A stretch of DNA of 64,000 nucleotides from an uncultured bacterium. Lineage in GTDB: Bacteria; Chlamydiota; Chlamydiia; Chlamydiales; JAJFMA01. Below, in pieces: positions 47,219-56,729 of the stretch. A program made the position numbers and the translations under genes. The DNA lies in NCBI GenBank assembly GCA_964436955.1, contig CAYTFC010000004.1:5872-69871 (forward strand), in the 5' to 3' direction. Below the pieces are notes generated by a model. It had not been told where the DNA came from, ran no database searches, and worked only from the letters and a program-made list of their open reading frames with translations. Position 1 is the stretch's first letter. Every line of letters starts with the position of its first letter.

Positions 47219-48121
47219 TTAAAAAAATTCATACACCCAAATTTCACCGCGAGCCCCATTTCCTGCAGCAGCTCCATTGCTGACACTATCAGTTCCTCCT
47301 CCGCCACCGCCTCCACCCCCACCAGGTGTTCCTCCCGTTCCTCCAGGAGCAGGCGCCGCTCCACCACCACCACCTGTTCCTGTACAAAATACGCCGCCAG
47401 AAGTAATAGATGTATTTGGAGTTCCGTTTCCGCCATTTTGAACAATATTAACAACCCCTCCAGACCCACCATTTGAGATGACAGATGGCGAAGCCGCCCA
47501 TGTTCTTATATTTCCTCCGCGACCTCCATTAAAGCGAGTATTTCCCGTATTCAATCCTCCGCCACCTCCAGCACCCCCACCTCCTAGGCAAGAGCCTAAT
47601 CCAGTAGCGTTAGGCGAGTCCTCACCATTATTCGCAGCCCCCACGGCTCCACTTCCTCCAGCTCCAGCAACTTGAACAGCATAAAAATTGCTGAGAACAT
47701 ATGGAGCACCTCCTCCAGATCCACCCCCTCCATTTAATCCTCCACCTCCGAATGAGCTGATACTTGGACTATAAGTGAAAATGTTTCCAAAAGAAGTGAT
47801 TCCTGCAGCTGACCCATTATTTCCATTTGTACTATTTGTTGTTTGTGTTGAGCCTCCATTTCCACCAGCTCCAATAGTCACAGTTTGAGTGACTCCTAGC
47901 GAAGAGGCATCGCATTGATAAATGAACATACCAGAGCAACTACCACCGCCACCGCCACCGACGTTTGTTCCAGAAGCTCCTCTTCGTCCTCCACCGCCTC
48001 CGCCTCCACCACCCCAGCCAACAATCAAAGCAGAAGTCGTTCTAGAATCTTTAGTCCAAGATCCTGAAGCGGTGAATTTGGTTATTTTTGAACTTTTATT
48101 TATAGAATTATTGACTGCCAT
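47219..48121 (-). CDS. glycine-rich fibre-module protein, paralog 3
   Basis: N-terminus MAVNNSINKSSKITKFTASGSWTKDSRT..GWGGGGGGGGG and C-terminus ARGEIWVYEFF. About half the residues are Gly. Confidence 0.7.
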   Translation of the reverse strand: MAVNNSINKSSKITKFTASGSWTKDSRTTSALIVGWGGGGGGGGGRRGASGTNVGGGGGGSCSGMFIYQCDASSLGVTQTVTIGAGGNGGSTQTTNSTNGNNGSAAGITSFGNIFTYSPSISSFGGGGLNGGGGSGGGAPYVLSNFYAVQVAGAGGSGAVGAANNGEDSPNATGLGSCLGGGGAGGGGGLNTGNTRFNGGRGGNIRTWAASPSVISNGGSGGVVNIVQNGGNGTPNTSITSGGVFCTGTGGGGGAAPAPGGTGGTPGGGGGGGGGGTDSVSNGAAAGNGARGEIWVYEFF

Positions 48122-48147
48122 ATCTAAACCTCAATGGATCCATATAA

Positions 48148-49023
48148 TTAGAAATGTTCAACGATTATTATTTTACCAGCAGACCCTGTGCCACCTGCTC
48201 CTGAATTGGCTTGCGCGGATATTCCACCACCACCTCCGCCACCAGCACCTCCAGGATTACCTCCATTTCCACCAGTTCCTCCTGTCGCTCCAGCTTTCGC
48301 TCCTCCGCCACCACCGCCAGCCGAACCACCGCAAACCAGCCCTCCGCTAGTAACGGCAGTATTGCCATCTCCACCATTTATGGTACCTGTTTCTATGCCT
48401 GCGGTTCCACCAGCTATATAAGTTACGCCATTTGAATTATTAATTGCCCCGCCAGCTCCTCCAGATCTTGCAGTAACAGTATCGCCACCACCGCCGCCAC
48501 CACCCCCTGTAGGTGAAAAAGTAATTACTGCTGCTGGGGCATCTCCTGCGGTATTTCTTCCAGAGCCACCTGGATTAGTTACAACAGAGGCAATAGCATA
48601 TGAAGTGTTTAATCCTCCCCCGACACCATTGATGCCAGATGAAGTTGTGCCACCTTGACCAGCAGCTCCACCAACAGCTATCATGTTTCCAAATGTCGTA
48701 TTACCTCCTGTAGTTCCATTATTACCGTTTGTTGCATTCACTGTTTGGGCTACCGCCCCACCAGCGCTAGCTCCTATTGTATAAGACTCTGTGGATCCAA
48801 AAAATGAAGAAGGGGCAGCAAAATATCCTGAGCCTCCTGAACCGCCGCCACCGCCTCCTGAAGATGAAGCACTAGTTCCTTTTCTTCCGGAAGCTCCACC
48901 ACCACCGCCTCCCCATAAAAATACTTCTATCCACTGCGTACGAGCATCCTTTGTCCATGTGCCAGAACTAGAAGTATAGGTAGTGACTTTAATTGAACCG
49001 TTTATACTGTTATGTGTAACCAC
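48148..49023 (-). CDS. glycine-rich fibre-module protein, paralog 2
   Basis: N-terminus MVTHNSINGSIKVTTYTSSSGTWTKDARTQ..LWGGGGGGASG and C-terminus SAGKIIIVEHF. Confidence 0.7.
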   Translation of the reverse strand: MVTHNSINGSIKVTTYTSSSGTWTKDARTQWIEVFLWGGGGGGASGRKGTSASSSGGGGGGSGGSGYFAAPSSFFGSTESYTIGASAGGAVAQTVNATNGNNGTTGGNTTFGNMIAVGGAAGQGGTTSSGINGVGGGLNTSYAIASVVTNPGGSGRNTAGDAPAAVITFSPTGGGGGGGGDTVTARSGGAGGAINNSNGVTYIAGGTAGIETGTINGGDGNTAVTSGGLVCGGSAGGGGGGAKAGATGGTGGNGGNPGGAGGGGGGGISAQANSGAGGTGSAGKIIIVEHF

Positions 49024-49039
49024 ATGGATTCCTCCCTAA

Positions 49040-49339
49040 TTAGAATGGCTCTAACTCTCCTTCTAAATTTATAGATAAAATACTTGCTCCTAACCGTGCT
49101 TTAGCCTCGTTATAAGCAGCTTCTCTCTCAGCTTTGCTAATATCATCCTCCGGTGGTTTCATAATAGAAAGAGGTCTTACATAATCTTGTAAGTCTTCCA
49201 TCCAAATATCACCCATTCCAGCTTCATGGGTTTCTTTTACTGAGTAACCTGCTGGAGGCTGCCATTCAGTCACTCCATCCCACATAATGACGTTGGAAAC
49301 CCGATTATTTTGATCTATGACTGCATATCTACTGCTCAT
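49040..49339 (-). CDS. small acidic hypothetical protein between glycine-rich paralogs 1 and 2
   Basis: 99-aa ORF tightly spaced within the operon. I recognise no motif. Confidence 0.45.
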   Translation of the reverse strand: MSSRYAVIDQNNRVSNVIMWDGVTEWQPPAGYSVKETHEAGMGDIWMEDLQDYVRPLSIMKPPEDDISKAEREAAYNEAKARLGASILSINLEGELEPF

Positions 49340-49348
49340 AATTTCTCC

Positions 49349-50224
49349 TTAAAAATATTCAAAAACCCACAATTCACCGCGTCCGCCATCTCCACCTTTT
49401 CCAGAGTTAAATCCGTTAATTGAAACACCACCTCCTGCACCACCGCCTGATGGGGATCCACCAGATCCTCCTGCACCACCTACCGACCCAGAACTAGATC
49501 CACCACCACCTCCTCCAGTGCCTCCAATAATATAGTATGACGAACTAGCTGCGTTGTTTCCTGCACCACCACCGATGCCAGCCGCTCCCGCTGTTCCGCC
49601 TGCCAATAAAACAGATGAATTTATATGCAATATGTCCCCACCTTTTCCACCCCCAAATGTTGTATTTGTGTTGGTAGTGCCACCACCACTTCCACCACAA
49701 GTTCCGGCGTAAATCATAGTTTTATTTTGACCAGCAACACCTGCTGCTCCCACTCCCCCTAATTGGCCGTCATTTGCGATGGTCACAGGAGAACCATAAA
49801 CGACAGATAATTTAGCCGTACCAGCAAATCCTTGACCGCCTGCTTGTCCACCAAATCCTCGACCCCCACCAAAGACCTGGAAAGAACCAATAGAAGTTGT
49901 TCCTCCATCTCCACCTGCATTTCCCTGTGTTGAATCAACCGTAATTGATGGTCCACCTGTACCACCTGCGCCAATAGTTACAGTTTCAACAGCTGCTAAA
50001 CGAGAGGCTTCCATTGTCTGAATAATAAATGGCCCCCCAGCTCCGGAACCACCACCACTTTTTGAATTTGTCCCAGAAACACCTCTTGGACCACTTCCAC
50101 CACCACCTCCGCCACCCCACCCAATCAAAGTAACTATTTTAGTGCGTGGATCTTTAGTCCAAGTTCCTGAAGATGTAAACTTGGTTAGTTTGCTGGTATT
50201 ATTGATCGAATTTTGCGTTGCCAT
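49349..50224 (-). CDS. glycine-rich fibre-module protein, paralog 1
   Basis: N-terminus MATQNSINNTSKLTKFTSSGTWTKDPRT..GWGGGGGGGSG and C-terminus GRGELWVFEYF. Confidence 0.7.
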   Translation of the reverse strand: MATQNSINNTSKLTKFTSSGTWTKDPRTKIVTLIGWGGGGGGGSGPRGVSGTNSKSGGGSGAGGPFIIQTMEASRLAAVETVTIGAGGTGGPSITVDSTQGNAGGDGGTTSIGSFQVFGGGRGFGGQAGGQGFAGTAKLSVVYGSPVTIANDGQLGGVGAAGVAGQNKTMIYAGTCGGSGGGTTNTNTTFGGGKGGDILHINSSVLLAGGTAGAAGIGGGAGNNAASSSYYIIGGTGGGGGGSSSGSVGGAGGSGGSPSGGGAGGGVSINGFNSGKGGDGGRGELWVFEYF

Positions 50225-50248
50225 TCATTCTCATTAAGGAAGTTTTAA

Positions 50249-50917
50249 TTAGACAACGGTTAAGTTTCCGACTGCGCTTAAAACTCTCCATGTATTATTA
50301 GCAACCACGCATAGACACTCTAAAGCATCTCCAGCGTCTGTCGAAGCTAGGCTTCCTCCAACTCCAGCAGTTGTTGCCACATTTCCAAATTTAACTGTTT
50401 GGGATGCATTTTGTGCCAATAACCAACCGCCTGCACCATTTCCGGCAATCCTGAAAACGGTTCCTTGTGCTGCTGTGGCTGGGAGAGTTAAAGTGCATAA
50501 AGAGGCATTATCTGCTATATAGCCGGTATTAACAGCGATTGCTTGAGAAGTGCCGGTTACATCTACCCATGAAGAAACGCCGCCACTGCCACCAGAGGAG
50601 GCAGCCCATTTAACACCTGAAGTCTGAGAAGAATCGGCTGTCAAAACAAAATTGTCTGTTCCAACTGTCAGAGGGGTGAATGTACCTGCTCCTGTGCCAA
50701 CAAGGACAACTCCTTTCGCAGTGTAGTCAGCAAAGCCTATTAAGGTATCTGCTGCTCTGTTTGGAAATGTATAGGTGCCTGCTCCTGCAAATCCTTGTGT
50801 AAAGGTCATATCGCCTGAGCCATTAAATGTTGCGGTCCTTTTTGTAGTACCGCCGCCAAGACTAAATCCAACCGATAGATTAGAGATATCTAGGTTAACT
50901 GATGAATTTTGAGCCAT
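50249..50917 (-). CDS. tail-fibre-like protein with the shared N-terminus
   Basis: N-terminus [10 protein letters not shown]. The [15 protein letters not shown] motif is common in phage fibre proteins. Confidence 0.55.
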   Translation of the reverse strand: MAQNSSVNLDISNLSVGFSLGGGTTKRTATFNGSGDMTFTQGFAGAGTYTFPNRAADTLIGFADYTAKGVVLVGTGAGTFTPLTVGTDNFVLTADSSQTSGVKWAASSGGSGGVSSWVDVTGTSQAIAVNTGYIADNASLCTLTLPATAAQGTVFRIAGNGAGGWLLAQNASQTVKFGNVATTAGVGGSLASTDAGDALECLCVVANNTWRVLSAVGNLTVV

Positions 50918-51113
50918 TTTCTTGCCTCTTGTTAATTTTTAAACGAAACTCATATCGAGTTGTTTTCACCGTTCTGGTGATATTACAAATTGATTTCTGA
51001 CAATATTTGAGTCTTTGAATATATGAGTTTCTGTCTAAATTTTTTGAGCTGTCAAAATAGGCTACCTTCGAAGTAAAAATTAACGCTGAGAAGTATAGAG
51101 CCCAATATTCCGT

Positions 51114-51479
51114 TCATTTTTTAGAGCTGATTTGTTTTAATTTTTGTTTTGGTTTGTTATTTATTTTTGGCGCTTCCAGGAGTTTGACTTCTTGGGCGAT
51201 GTATTGCTGGCTTTGAGTAATCAATTGGCTCAGTGAGCTTTCAATAATAAGAAATTTATTTCTCATTTCTTCTATTGCTTGCTGAAGTGCAAATATGCGA
51301 TTGACTTCGGTTTGTTGCTGGAGGAGTAATCTTTTAGGAGCGCAATCTTTAATGACTTTTGGTTGACCCTGCCCATTTTCTTGCCACCAGGACTCCAGAT
51401 AATTGGGACAATCTTTTTCCGAAGAACATAGTTTTGCCTTTACGAAAGGACAATTTTCACCGCATGAAGTGCATTCCAT
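51114..51479 (-). CDS. Cys-rich N-terminus plus coiled-coil small protein
   Basis: MECTSCGENCPFVKAKLCSSEKDCPNY...DCAP (7 Cys in the first 47 aa), followed by heptad-like LQQQTEVNRIFALQQAIEEMRNKFLIIESSLSQL and a basic tail. Confidence 0.5.
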   Translation of the reverse strand: MECTSCGENCPFVKAKLCSSEKDCPNYLESWWQENGQGQPKVIKDCAPKRLLLQQQTEVNRIFALQQAIEEMRNKFLIIESSLSQLITQSQQYIAQEVKLLEAPKINNKPKQKLKQISSKK

Positions 51480-51495
51480 TGAGTTACCTATTTAG

Positions 51496-52110
51496 TTAAG
51501 CTTGTTTTTGACATAAAATTCCTACGACTGCCAATGGCCTCCAAGTGGCTCCATGATTGTGGGGCTGAGAAGCTCCTATTGCATTTGAAGAACTATTCAT
51601 CCCTTCTGTTGTTCCTTGTCTTGGTCGTTGATTTTTGGCTCCGTGGGCATAATGTGAACTTGTATTGCTTTGATCAGAACCAAAGAAATACTGGTGAGTA
51701 TGGTTGGGGATTTGATTAATGGTTAGGCCGACACCAGGCTGCTGCCAAGTTCCTGCTACAGTATTACCTGCTGGTCCGTAAAGACCGCCTCGAAGAGCTA
51801 AAACGCAATCCCCCAAAAAGTTGATTGGCAGCCATCCATCTGGAGCAACGTTTTGATAAAACCAGCATAAGGTTCCTGCTGGAAAACCAACCTGATCAAA
51901 TCTAATCTGATAGTTGCTTGTAGCGCGCCTTATCATAAAAAGATCGCTCGCTACAGCTGATCCATTAGGTAATGTTGGGAAGAGAGAAATATCAATCGTT
52001 CGAACTTTATCAATGGTCACTTGTTTATCGGTTAATCCCTGGCGAATGATCGTTGTATCCCCATCATCTGCAACCGAAGCGACTGGTAAACCTGGAATCT
52101 GTACTGACAT
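51496..52110 (-). CDS. tail fibre protein with phage Tail-Collar-like domain
   Basis: Start at ATG 52110 after SD aaggag. NQIPNHTHQYF and GASQPHNHG resemble collar-domain fibre motifs. Confidence 0.6.
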   Translation of the reverse strand: MSVQIPGLPVASVADDGDTTIIRQGLTDKQVTIDKVRTIDISLFPTLPNGSAVASDLFMIRRATSNYQIRFDQVGFPAGTLCWFYQNVAPDGWLPINFLGDCVLALRGGLYGPAGNTVAGTWQQPGVGLTINQIPNHTHQYFFGSDQSNTSSHYAHGAKNQRPRQGTTEGMNSSSNAIGASQPHNHGATWRPLAVVGILCQKQA

Positions 52111-52118
52111 AAATCTCC

Positions 52119-52601
52119 TTAAGGTGTTGGGTACGTTTTTGTCTGGCCCCAAACAAGAATATCTGTAGCTGTACCGCCATTAACGATTTGATTTCCTGCC
52201 AAAGTTCCTGCCCCAAGAGTCAATGTATTATTCGAAACGACTGTCAAAGTAGGTGCTAATCCTGGTTTTTTTGCTCCAACGGCAAAAATGTATCGAGTGG
52301 GGTTGGCTAAATCTACGGCGGTTAGAGTGATCAAAGTTCCGGCAGTTCCGTCATAAGGGAAAAGACCTACGCCGTTTCCATCGGTCAAAATAGCTAATTC
52401 CTCTTGCTGTTTTAAGAAGGCCAGCCAGCGATTTGTGTATCTTCCCAACCAATTGAACCAATTTCGAGGTGGAAATTCTAAACGAGCCCAACCTTCTAAT
52501 TTTTTTTCAGTAGGCGGTTCAAGAACGTTGTTTTGCCCTGATATTGGATCTACAACATCATTTTCTGCCCATTCAGGTAAAATTGTAGGTTTAAGCACCA
52601 T
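52119..52601 (-). CDS. tail fibre protein (N-terminal fibre-attachment type)
   Basis: PEWAENDVVDPISGQNNVLEPPTEKKLEGWARLEFPPRNWFNWLGRYTNRWLAFL is a common phage fibre N-terminal pattern. Confidence 0.6.
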   Translation of the reverse strand: MVLKPTILPEWAENDVVDPISGQNNVLEPPTEKKLEGWARLEFPPRNWFNWLGRYTNRWLAFLKQQEELAILTDGNGVGLFPYDGTAGTLITLTAVDLANPTRYIFAVGAKKPGLAPTLTVVSNNTLTLGAGTLAGNQIVNGGTATDILVWGQTKTYPTP

Positions 52602-52611
52602 TGTTAACTCC

Positions 52612-53367
52612 TTAAGGTATTGGCGGCTGCGAGCCGTTAAACATGATGACTTCGGCTAATTGTCCAGCCCCTGTCGTATCAATTGGGGTTCCAAATTCGG
52701 CAAAGCCTCCTCCAAAAGTTGGATTTGTTACTCTGCCTGCTTGCACAGCTAGAAGATCGCCTGTATTAATTTCTAAATTTTCCAAATCAAATGGATTAGC
52801 TTCATTAGGTGCGACAAGAAGTAGATCTTCGACGGGGTCCCCGCTAAAAACAAAAGGAAGCGGAACATTGTAAGTTGCAGTAATGGGAGTGTATTGAACG
52901 CCTGCTGGACTGACAGATTGAATAGCAGTAACAAGTTGGTCGGGAGGATTTGGAAATACCAGACCATCAGTGGACATTTGAAAAGCTGCGGGATAATATT
53001 CATGGTAACGGATTTTATTCGCTTTTGTGAGGAATTTGAGAACGGTAATGACTTCTTCAGGCGTGCCATTTGCCTTATTTATAAAAATTTGAAACTTCAG
53101 TCTTTCTCTGTAATCTTCATCGGATTCATTTGGTAAACGCGCGAGACCAAGAATTTCACCAAGTCCATCCAACTGCGCTCCAATTGAGGTTTCCAAGGAG
53201 CGTTGAAATTTTAAGTCTTGATCGACATTGTCTATTTCTTGCATTGACTTGACAAAGGCGCGAATAAACCTTTGAAAACGGCTATATTCTCCATCAACGA
53301 GACTTTGCTGAAATTGACCTGCTAAAAGGGCAATGGCTCTTTGAACGTGATTGGCTATTCTAACCAT
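52612..53367 (-). CDS. baseplate wedge / fibre-adaptor protein (gpI / Mu gp48-like position)
   Basis: It lies directly downstream of the J-like gene. LDGLGEILGLARLPNESDEDYRERLKFQIFINKANGTPEEV resembles DUF2612/DUF2313-type proteins. Confidence 0.5.
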   Translation of the reverse strand: MVRIANHVQRAIALLAGQFQQSLVDGEYSRFQRFIRAFVKSMQEIDNVDQDLKFQRSLETSIGAQLDGLGEILGLARLPNESDEDYRERLKFQIFINKANGTPEEVITVLKFLTKANKIRYHEYYPAAFQMSTDGLVFPNPPDQLVTAIQSVSPAGVQYTPITATYNVPLPFVFSGDPVEDLLLVAPNEANPFDLENLEINTGDLLAVQAGRVTNPTFGGGFAEFGTPIDTTGAGQLAEVIMFNGSQPPIP

Positions 53368-53425
53368 GTCACCCCCTCAAACAGTAGGGTCAACCATTTT
53401 GTTGGCGTCAGCATAATGGTTGTTA

Positions 53426-55414
53426 TCATACTGTCACCGTGATTCTTGTTAGATCAAAGACGGAGATTTCATTTTCTGCGATGACGATATCTGCTGTACC
53501 AAATAGGGGAGTATCCCCTGGTTCATTCGTGGATGCAATTTGCATCACGCCGCTAGCGATTCCGGGAACACTAAAAATTTGAGCAAGGACGCGTTGCAAT
53601 AGAACGTCTATGCCTATGCCTAAAGTAGATCCATAGGTGTTAATGGCTGCTGCCACTAAGTCTTGACCATTTGGAGGAAATACTTCCTCAGCATATAGGG
53701 TTAAGGTAACCGTAACCCAAATGTAGATTGGAGTGGGGCGGCTAAAATTGATGACTTGGAATTCGCCTTGTGAGTCGGTGATGGTAAACGCAGTATTCCC
53801 GAATGTTTGGATACCTGCTGGTTTCGTGGTCCAGATTTTATTTGCGACGTCAGCATCAGTGCCTCCTTGTACGACAGCTTCAAAACTTTTTGGAACTCTT
53901 CCGCCTTTAATAACCGCCGTCGCTTGTGAAGCCCCTCCGCTGACGGTGAAATCATTGGGGATCATTGTTACTTCGATAGCGGTTGCCATATCCATAGTGA
54001 TGGTTCTATTGGCTGTCCCTCCAACGCTTGCAGTAACAACTTCAGGCTGATTTTGAATCAAAGCAGCAATTACGCTCATGGTAGCCAAATGAGAAGTCGC
54101 AAAGGTGACGGTTGGCAAAGTCGTACCATTTAAAACGACGACTATGGTGTTGCCTGTGACCAAATCTTGATTTAATACGATCAAAATTGGTTCTTGAGTC
54201 AAGGTACTATTTTCGAAAACTAAAGCAGATATTACTCCAGGTACTTGCTGAAGCAATCTTGCTCTTATAGATTCAACTGTTCCAGCTCCCAAGAGTCGAA
54301 GCGAATTGTTTCGACGTATTCTTAATTCCGCATCCGTTTCAATGAAACGACCTGTCACTCCAGCTTTAAGATTATTTATTGATATCCAACCTGAAATAGG
54401 AGTGAGGATTTCGGTCAATGTATTGACAGGGGCAGCGATTGGACCAAAATCTTGGGATAGAAAAACAACAGGAGTAGATTGGGCAGTGATGCTTAAATTA
54501 GTTCCAACAGCGATGGAAAAGGGAACGTCTGACTCATCGGCATTGATGGTTATAGTTCCATCCATATTATCTATGGCCGTCACAGGTTGAACCCCAGCAT
54601 TGACTACGGAAGCAAGGGCTGCTGTTAATGCGTTATTTGATGCTGGGATTTGATAAGTAATTGCATAAGTAGGTTGGCTTGCTCCGCCTGTGATCACGAT
54701 TGAATTGACTATGGCATTGAATCCAACATTTGGAATGATGGTGATAATATTTGGATTTGTTGGTGTTGCAGAAAGAACGGCAGGGGAAGTGGAAATCTGC
54801 GCAGCTAATAGAGCCAAAGTCGTGTTGTTATTCGTAGTAAAAGGAACCGCTGCTAATTGAACTCCATTGATGGTGGCAACTATTGAATTTGAAGTAACAA
54901 AACTCCCTGTAAAAGTGACGATAGGCAGCGAATATGAAAAGGCTTGATTGTTGATTAGAGCCGTATAAATTTGAGCTGCCAAAGCGCTAACCTGAATAGT
55001 TGCGGATGCTGCCTGTGTTCTTGTAATAATCGTGTTTTGTTGAGCAAAGAAAACAGCTCCGGTATCGGGGATTCTAGCGAGGGCTCCTTGATTGATAAGA
55101 GTGCCATCTAATCCAGCGCAGACGCCTATAACTCTAGTTTGTTGAGCGGCAAGTCGAGTGATGCCATTTAATTGAACGACGTTATCGAGGCTGATCCCTT
55201 CCGCGAAGTTGGGATATTGGCTGAAATAAACATCCTCCATATTTTCCCAAAGATCGGCTAATACTTTTGAAAATACTCCGATTTGCTGGCCAAATATAGA
55301 TTGCGGATCTAAGTTGATATCGCCAAATTCTGCGAGCAGCTGATTTTCTAAATCAGTTTGAATATCGACTAATCGTTTAGCTTTAAATCCCTGAGCGGTT
55401 AAACCAAATGTCAT
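53426..55414 (-). CDS. baseplate J-like protein with large inserted repeat modules
   Basis: It lies downstream of the gp25-like gene. The J-like core is FIETDAELRIRR...LLGAGTVESIRARLL. At 662 aa it is about twice the usual J size because of the insertions at aa 166-305 and 416-505. Confidence 0.7.
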   Translation of the reverse strand: MTFGLTAQGFKAKRLVDIQTDLENQLLAEFGDINLDPQSIFGQQIGVFSKVLADLWENMEDVYFSQYPNFAEGISLDNVVQLNGITRLAAQQTRVIGVCAGLDGTLINQGALARIPDTGAVFFAQQNTIITRTQAASATIQVSALAAQIYTALINNQAFSYSLPIVTFTGSFVTSNSIVATINGVQLAAVPFTTNNNTTLALLAAQISTSPAVLSATPTNPNIITIIPNVGFNAIVNSIVITGGASQPTYAITYQIPASNNALTAALASVVNAGVQPVTAIDNMDGTITINADESDVPFSIAVGTNLSITAQSTPVVFLSQDFGPIAAPVNTLTEILTPISGWISINNLKAGVTGRFIETDAELRIRRNNSLRLLGAGTVESIRARLLQQVPGVISALVFENSTLTQEPILIVLNQDLVTGNTIVVVLNGTTLPTVTFATSHLATMSVIAALIQNQPEVVTASVGGTANRTITMDMATAIEVTMIPNDFTVSGGASQATAVIKGGRVPKSFEAVVQGGTDADVANKIWTTKPAGIQTFGNTAFTITDSQGEFQVINFSRPTPIYIWVTVTLTLYAEEVFPPNGQDLVAAAINTYGSTLGIGIDVLLQRVLAQIFSVPGIASGVMQIASTNEPGDTPLFGTADIVIAENEISVFDLTRITVTV

Positions 55415-55773
55415 GTTAGTAATTCCTGCGTTATTGTGATCTGCCCTTGGACAGTGTCCACAGAGAAAGTCACGGAATAAATACGCCGTGTATCGTCAAA
55501 ATTACTTGTGAAACTGAGAATTTGGTTTACACCTCGAGTAGAAAGAATCTCTTGCTTGAGAACGCTTTCCATTCGAATTTGATTGGGGGATTTGATGAAA
55601 AAATCTTGATAATAGGAAACGCCTGCAGTGATATCTAAGAACCATTCTCCCAAAATAAAGCGCAAGCGAATGGCTAGATTTTGAGCGATCTGGTCTTGAT
55701 CCTCAACGAATTGCAAGTCAAAATCTTGTAAGAGTAAATCGCCAGTTGTTGTGTCTAGCGCTATATCTTTCAT
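55411..55773 (-). CDS. gp25/GPW-like baseplate wedge protein
   Basis: 120 aa. LRFILGEWFLDITAGVSYYQ is the typical GPW/gp25 pattern. It overlaps the J gene by 4 nt. Confidence 0.7.
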   Translation of the reverse strand: MKDIALDTTTGDLLLQDFDLQFVEDQDQIAQNLAIRLRFILGEWFLDITAGVSYYQDFFIKSPNQIRMESVLKQEILSTRGVNQILSFTSNFDDTRRIYSVTFSVDTVQGQITITQELLT

Positions 55774-55860
55774 GAAGCCTCGTTAACTCAAAAACGTTTC
55801 CTAATACGTTTACAGATGGGTATTTGAGTTAATTAAGGCTATTGGATACTTGAGTAGTTT

Positions 55861-56511
55861 TTAAGGGATTGTACCCTTAAGAGCATCTATAGATGCTTTC
55901 AATGAGGCATATGTCGGCACAGTGCCTTGGAATATTGGGTTTCCAACTGCGGTTGTCACCGAGGTTGTCAAGATTCCTAGTATTTTACTGACAATATCGA
56001 GAACTTCTGTAGAGCTGTTCCCGATCGCCACTTTACCAGCAGTTTCAATTTGAATGTCACCACTTTCTTTGATTCTTATATTAGAGCTTTTATAAGTTAA
56101 AAGCACGTCCGAGTTGTTCTCAGCTAAAGAATTTTCTGTAAAAGGAAAAAGCCCCATGATCGCAACAGCATCGGATAGGTCGAATTTCCTTGGATCGTTG
56201 GGTGCTACATTGCCTCCTACTGATTTCCAAAGATCTGTACTCCTTTCAATAAACAAAAGCAAGCAGGTGTCGCCTTGAACAACTGGAAAAGTCAAACTAG
56301 CACCGCCTGCTTTTGGAAAAATTACTGGGACATTACTTAAAATAGGCAAATCCAATGTTGTCCCATCTAAATAACTCTTTTTCAAAGCCGGTTGGATTTC
56401 AGCTTTTTGCTTCGTATAGTCATAGGAAACGATGACTCCTGGCAAAGCGGTATGGACATCATAAAGCTGAAATTGAATTGCTTGTCTTAAAGCATCAGTG
56501 ATCGTCGTCAT
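55861..56511 (-). CDS. baseplate central spike (gpV / Mu gp45 / Gp138-N-like)
   Basis: LYDVHTALPGVIVSYDYTKQKAEIQPALK...VPVIFPKAGG..LTFPVVQGDTCLLLF has the OB-fold spike N-domain pattern. Confidence 0.6.
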   Translation of the reverse strand: MTTITDALRQAIQFQLYDVHTALPGVIVSYDYTKQKAEIQPALKKSYLDGTTLDLPILSNVPVIFPKAGGASLTFPVVQGDTCLLLFIERSTDLWKSVGGNVAPNDPRKFDLSDAVAIMGLFPFTENSLAENNSDVLLTYKSSNIRIKESGDIQIETAGKVAIGNSSTEVLDIVSKILGILTTSVTTAVGNPIFQGTVPTYASLKASIDALKGTIP

Positions 56512-56729
56512 TCTTCATCACCCTGTGCTATTGTTAAACAATCAAGGAGTCCATCCCGGACTTTAGACAAAGCCCAACCTAATTCTTCTAAGCCGTCATC
56601 GTTATTTAAATAATGATTTACAAACCGATCCCTTTTATATCGATCGCCCCAACCACAAAATTCAATATTTAGTAACTGGTCGAGCTTTTCTCTTATTCTT
56701 CCTAAATCTTCTAAACGTTCTGCTTTCAT
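56508..56729 (-). CDS. small baseplate-module protein
   Basis: ATG 56729 makes an ATGA overlap with the upstream stop. The track's TTG-extended form is unnecessary. Confidence 0.4.
   Translation of the reverse strand: MKAERLEDLGRIREKLDQLLNIEFCGWGDRYKRDRFVNHYLNNDDGLEELGWALSKVRDGLLDCLTIAQGDEE

Noticed and set aside
47096-48979. Proline-rich plus-strand ORFs (47096-47476, 47478-47675, 47922-48350, 48188-48421, 48211-48435, 48791-48979)
   Set aside because: They are antisense shadows of the GGN-rich glycine-rich genes, because CCN codons form the mirror image. They lack SD sequences and overlap strongly supported minus-strand genes that have conserved ends.
45227-55860. Recurrent TTGAGT/ACTCAA words in several intergenic spacers (about 45231, 45252, 51010, 51024, 55783-55832) as a possible common late-promoter or operator motif
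   Set aside because: The word is only 6-7 nt in an AT-rich genome, and the occurrences have no consistent spacing relative to start codons. I cannot distinguish this from chance without a statistical scan.
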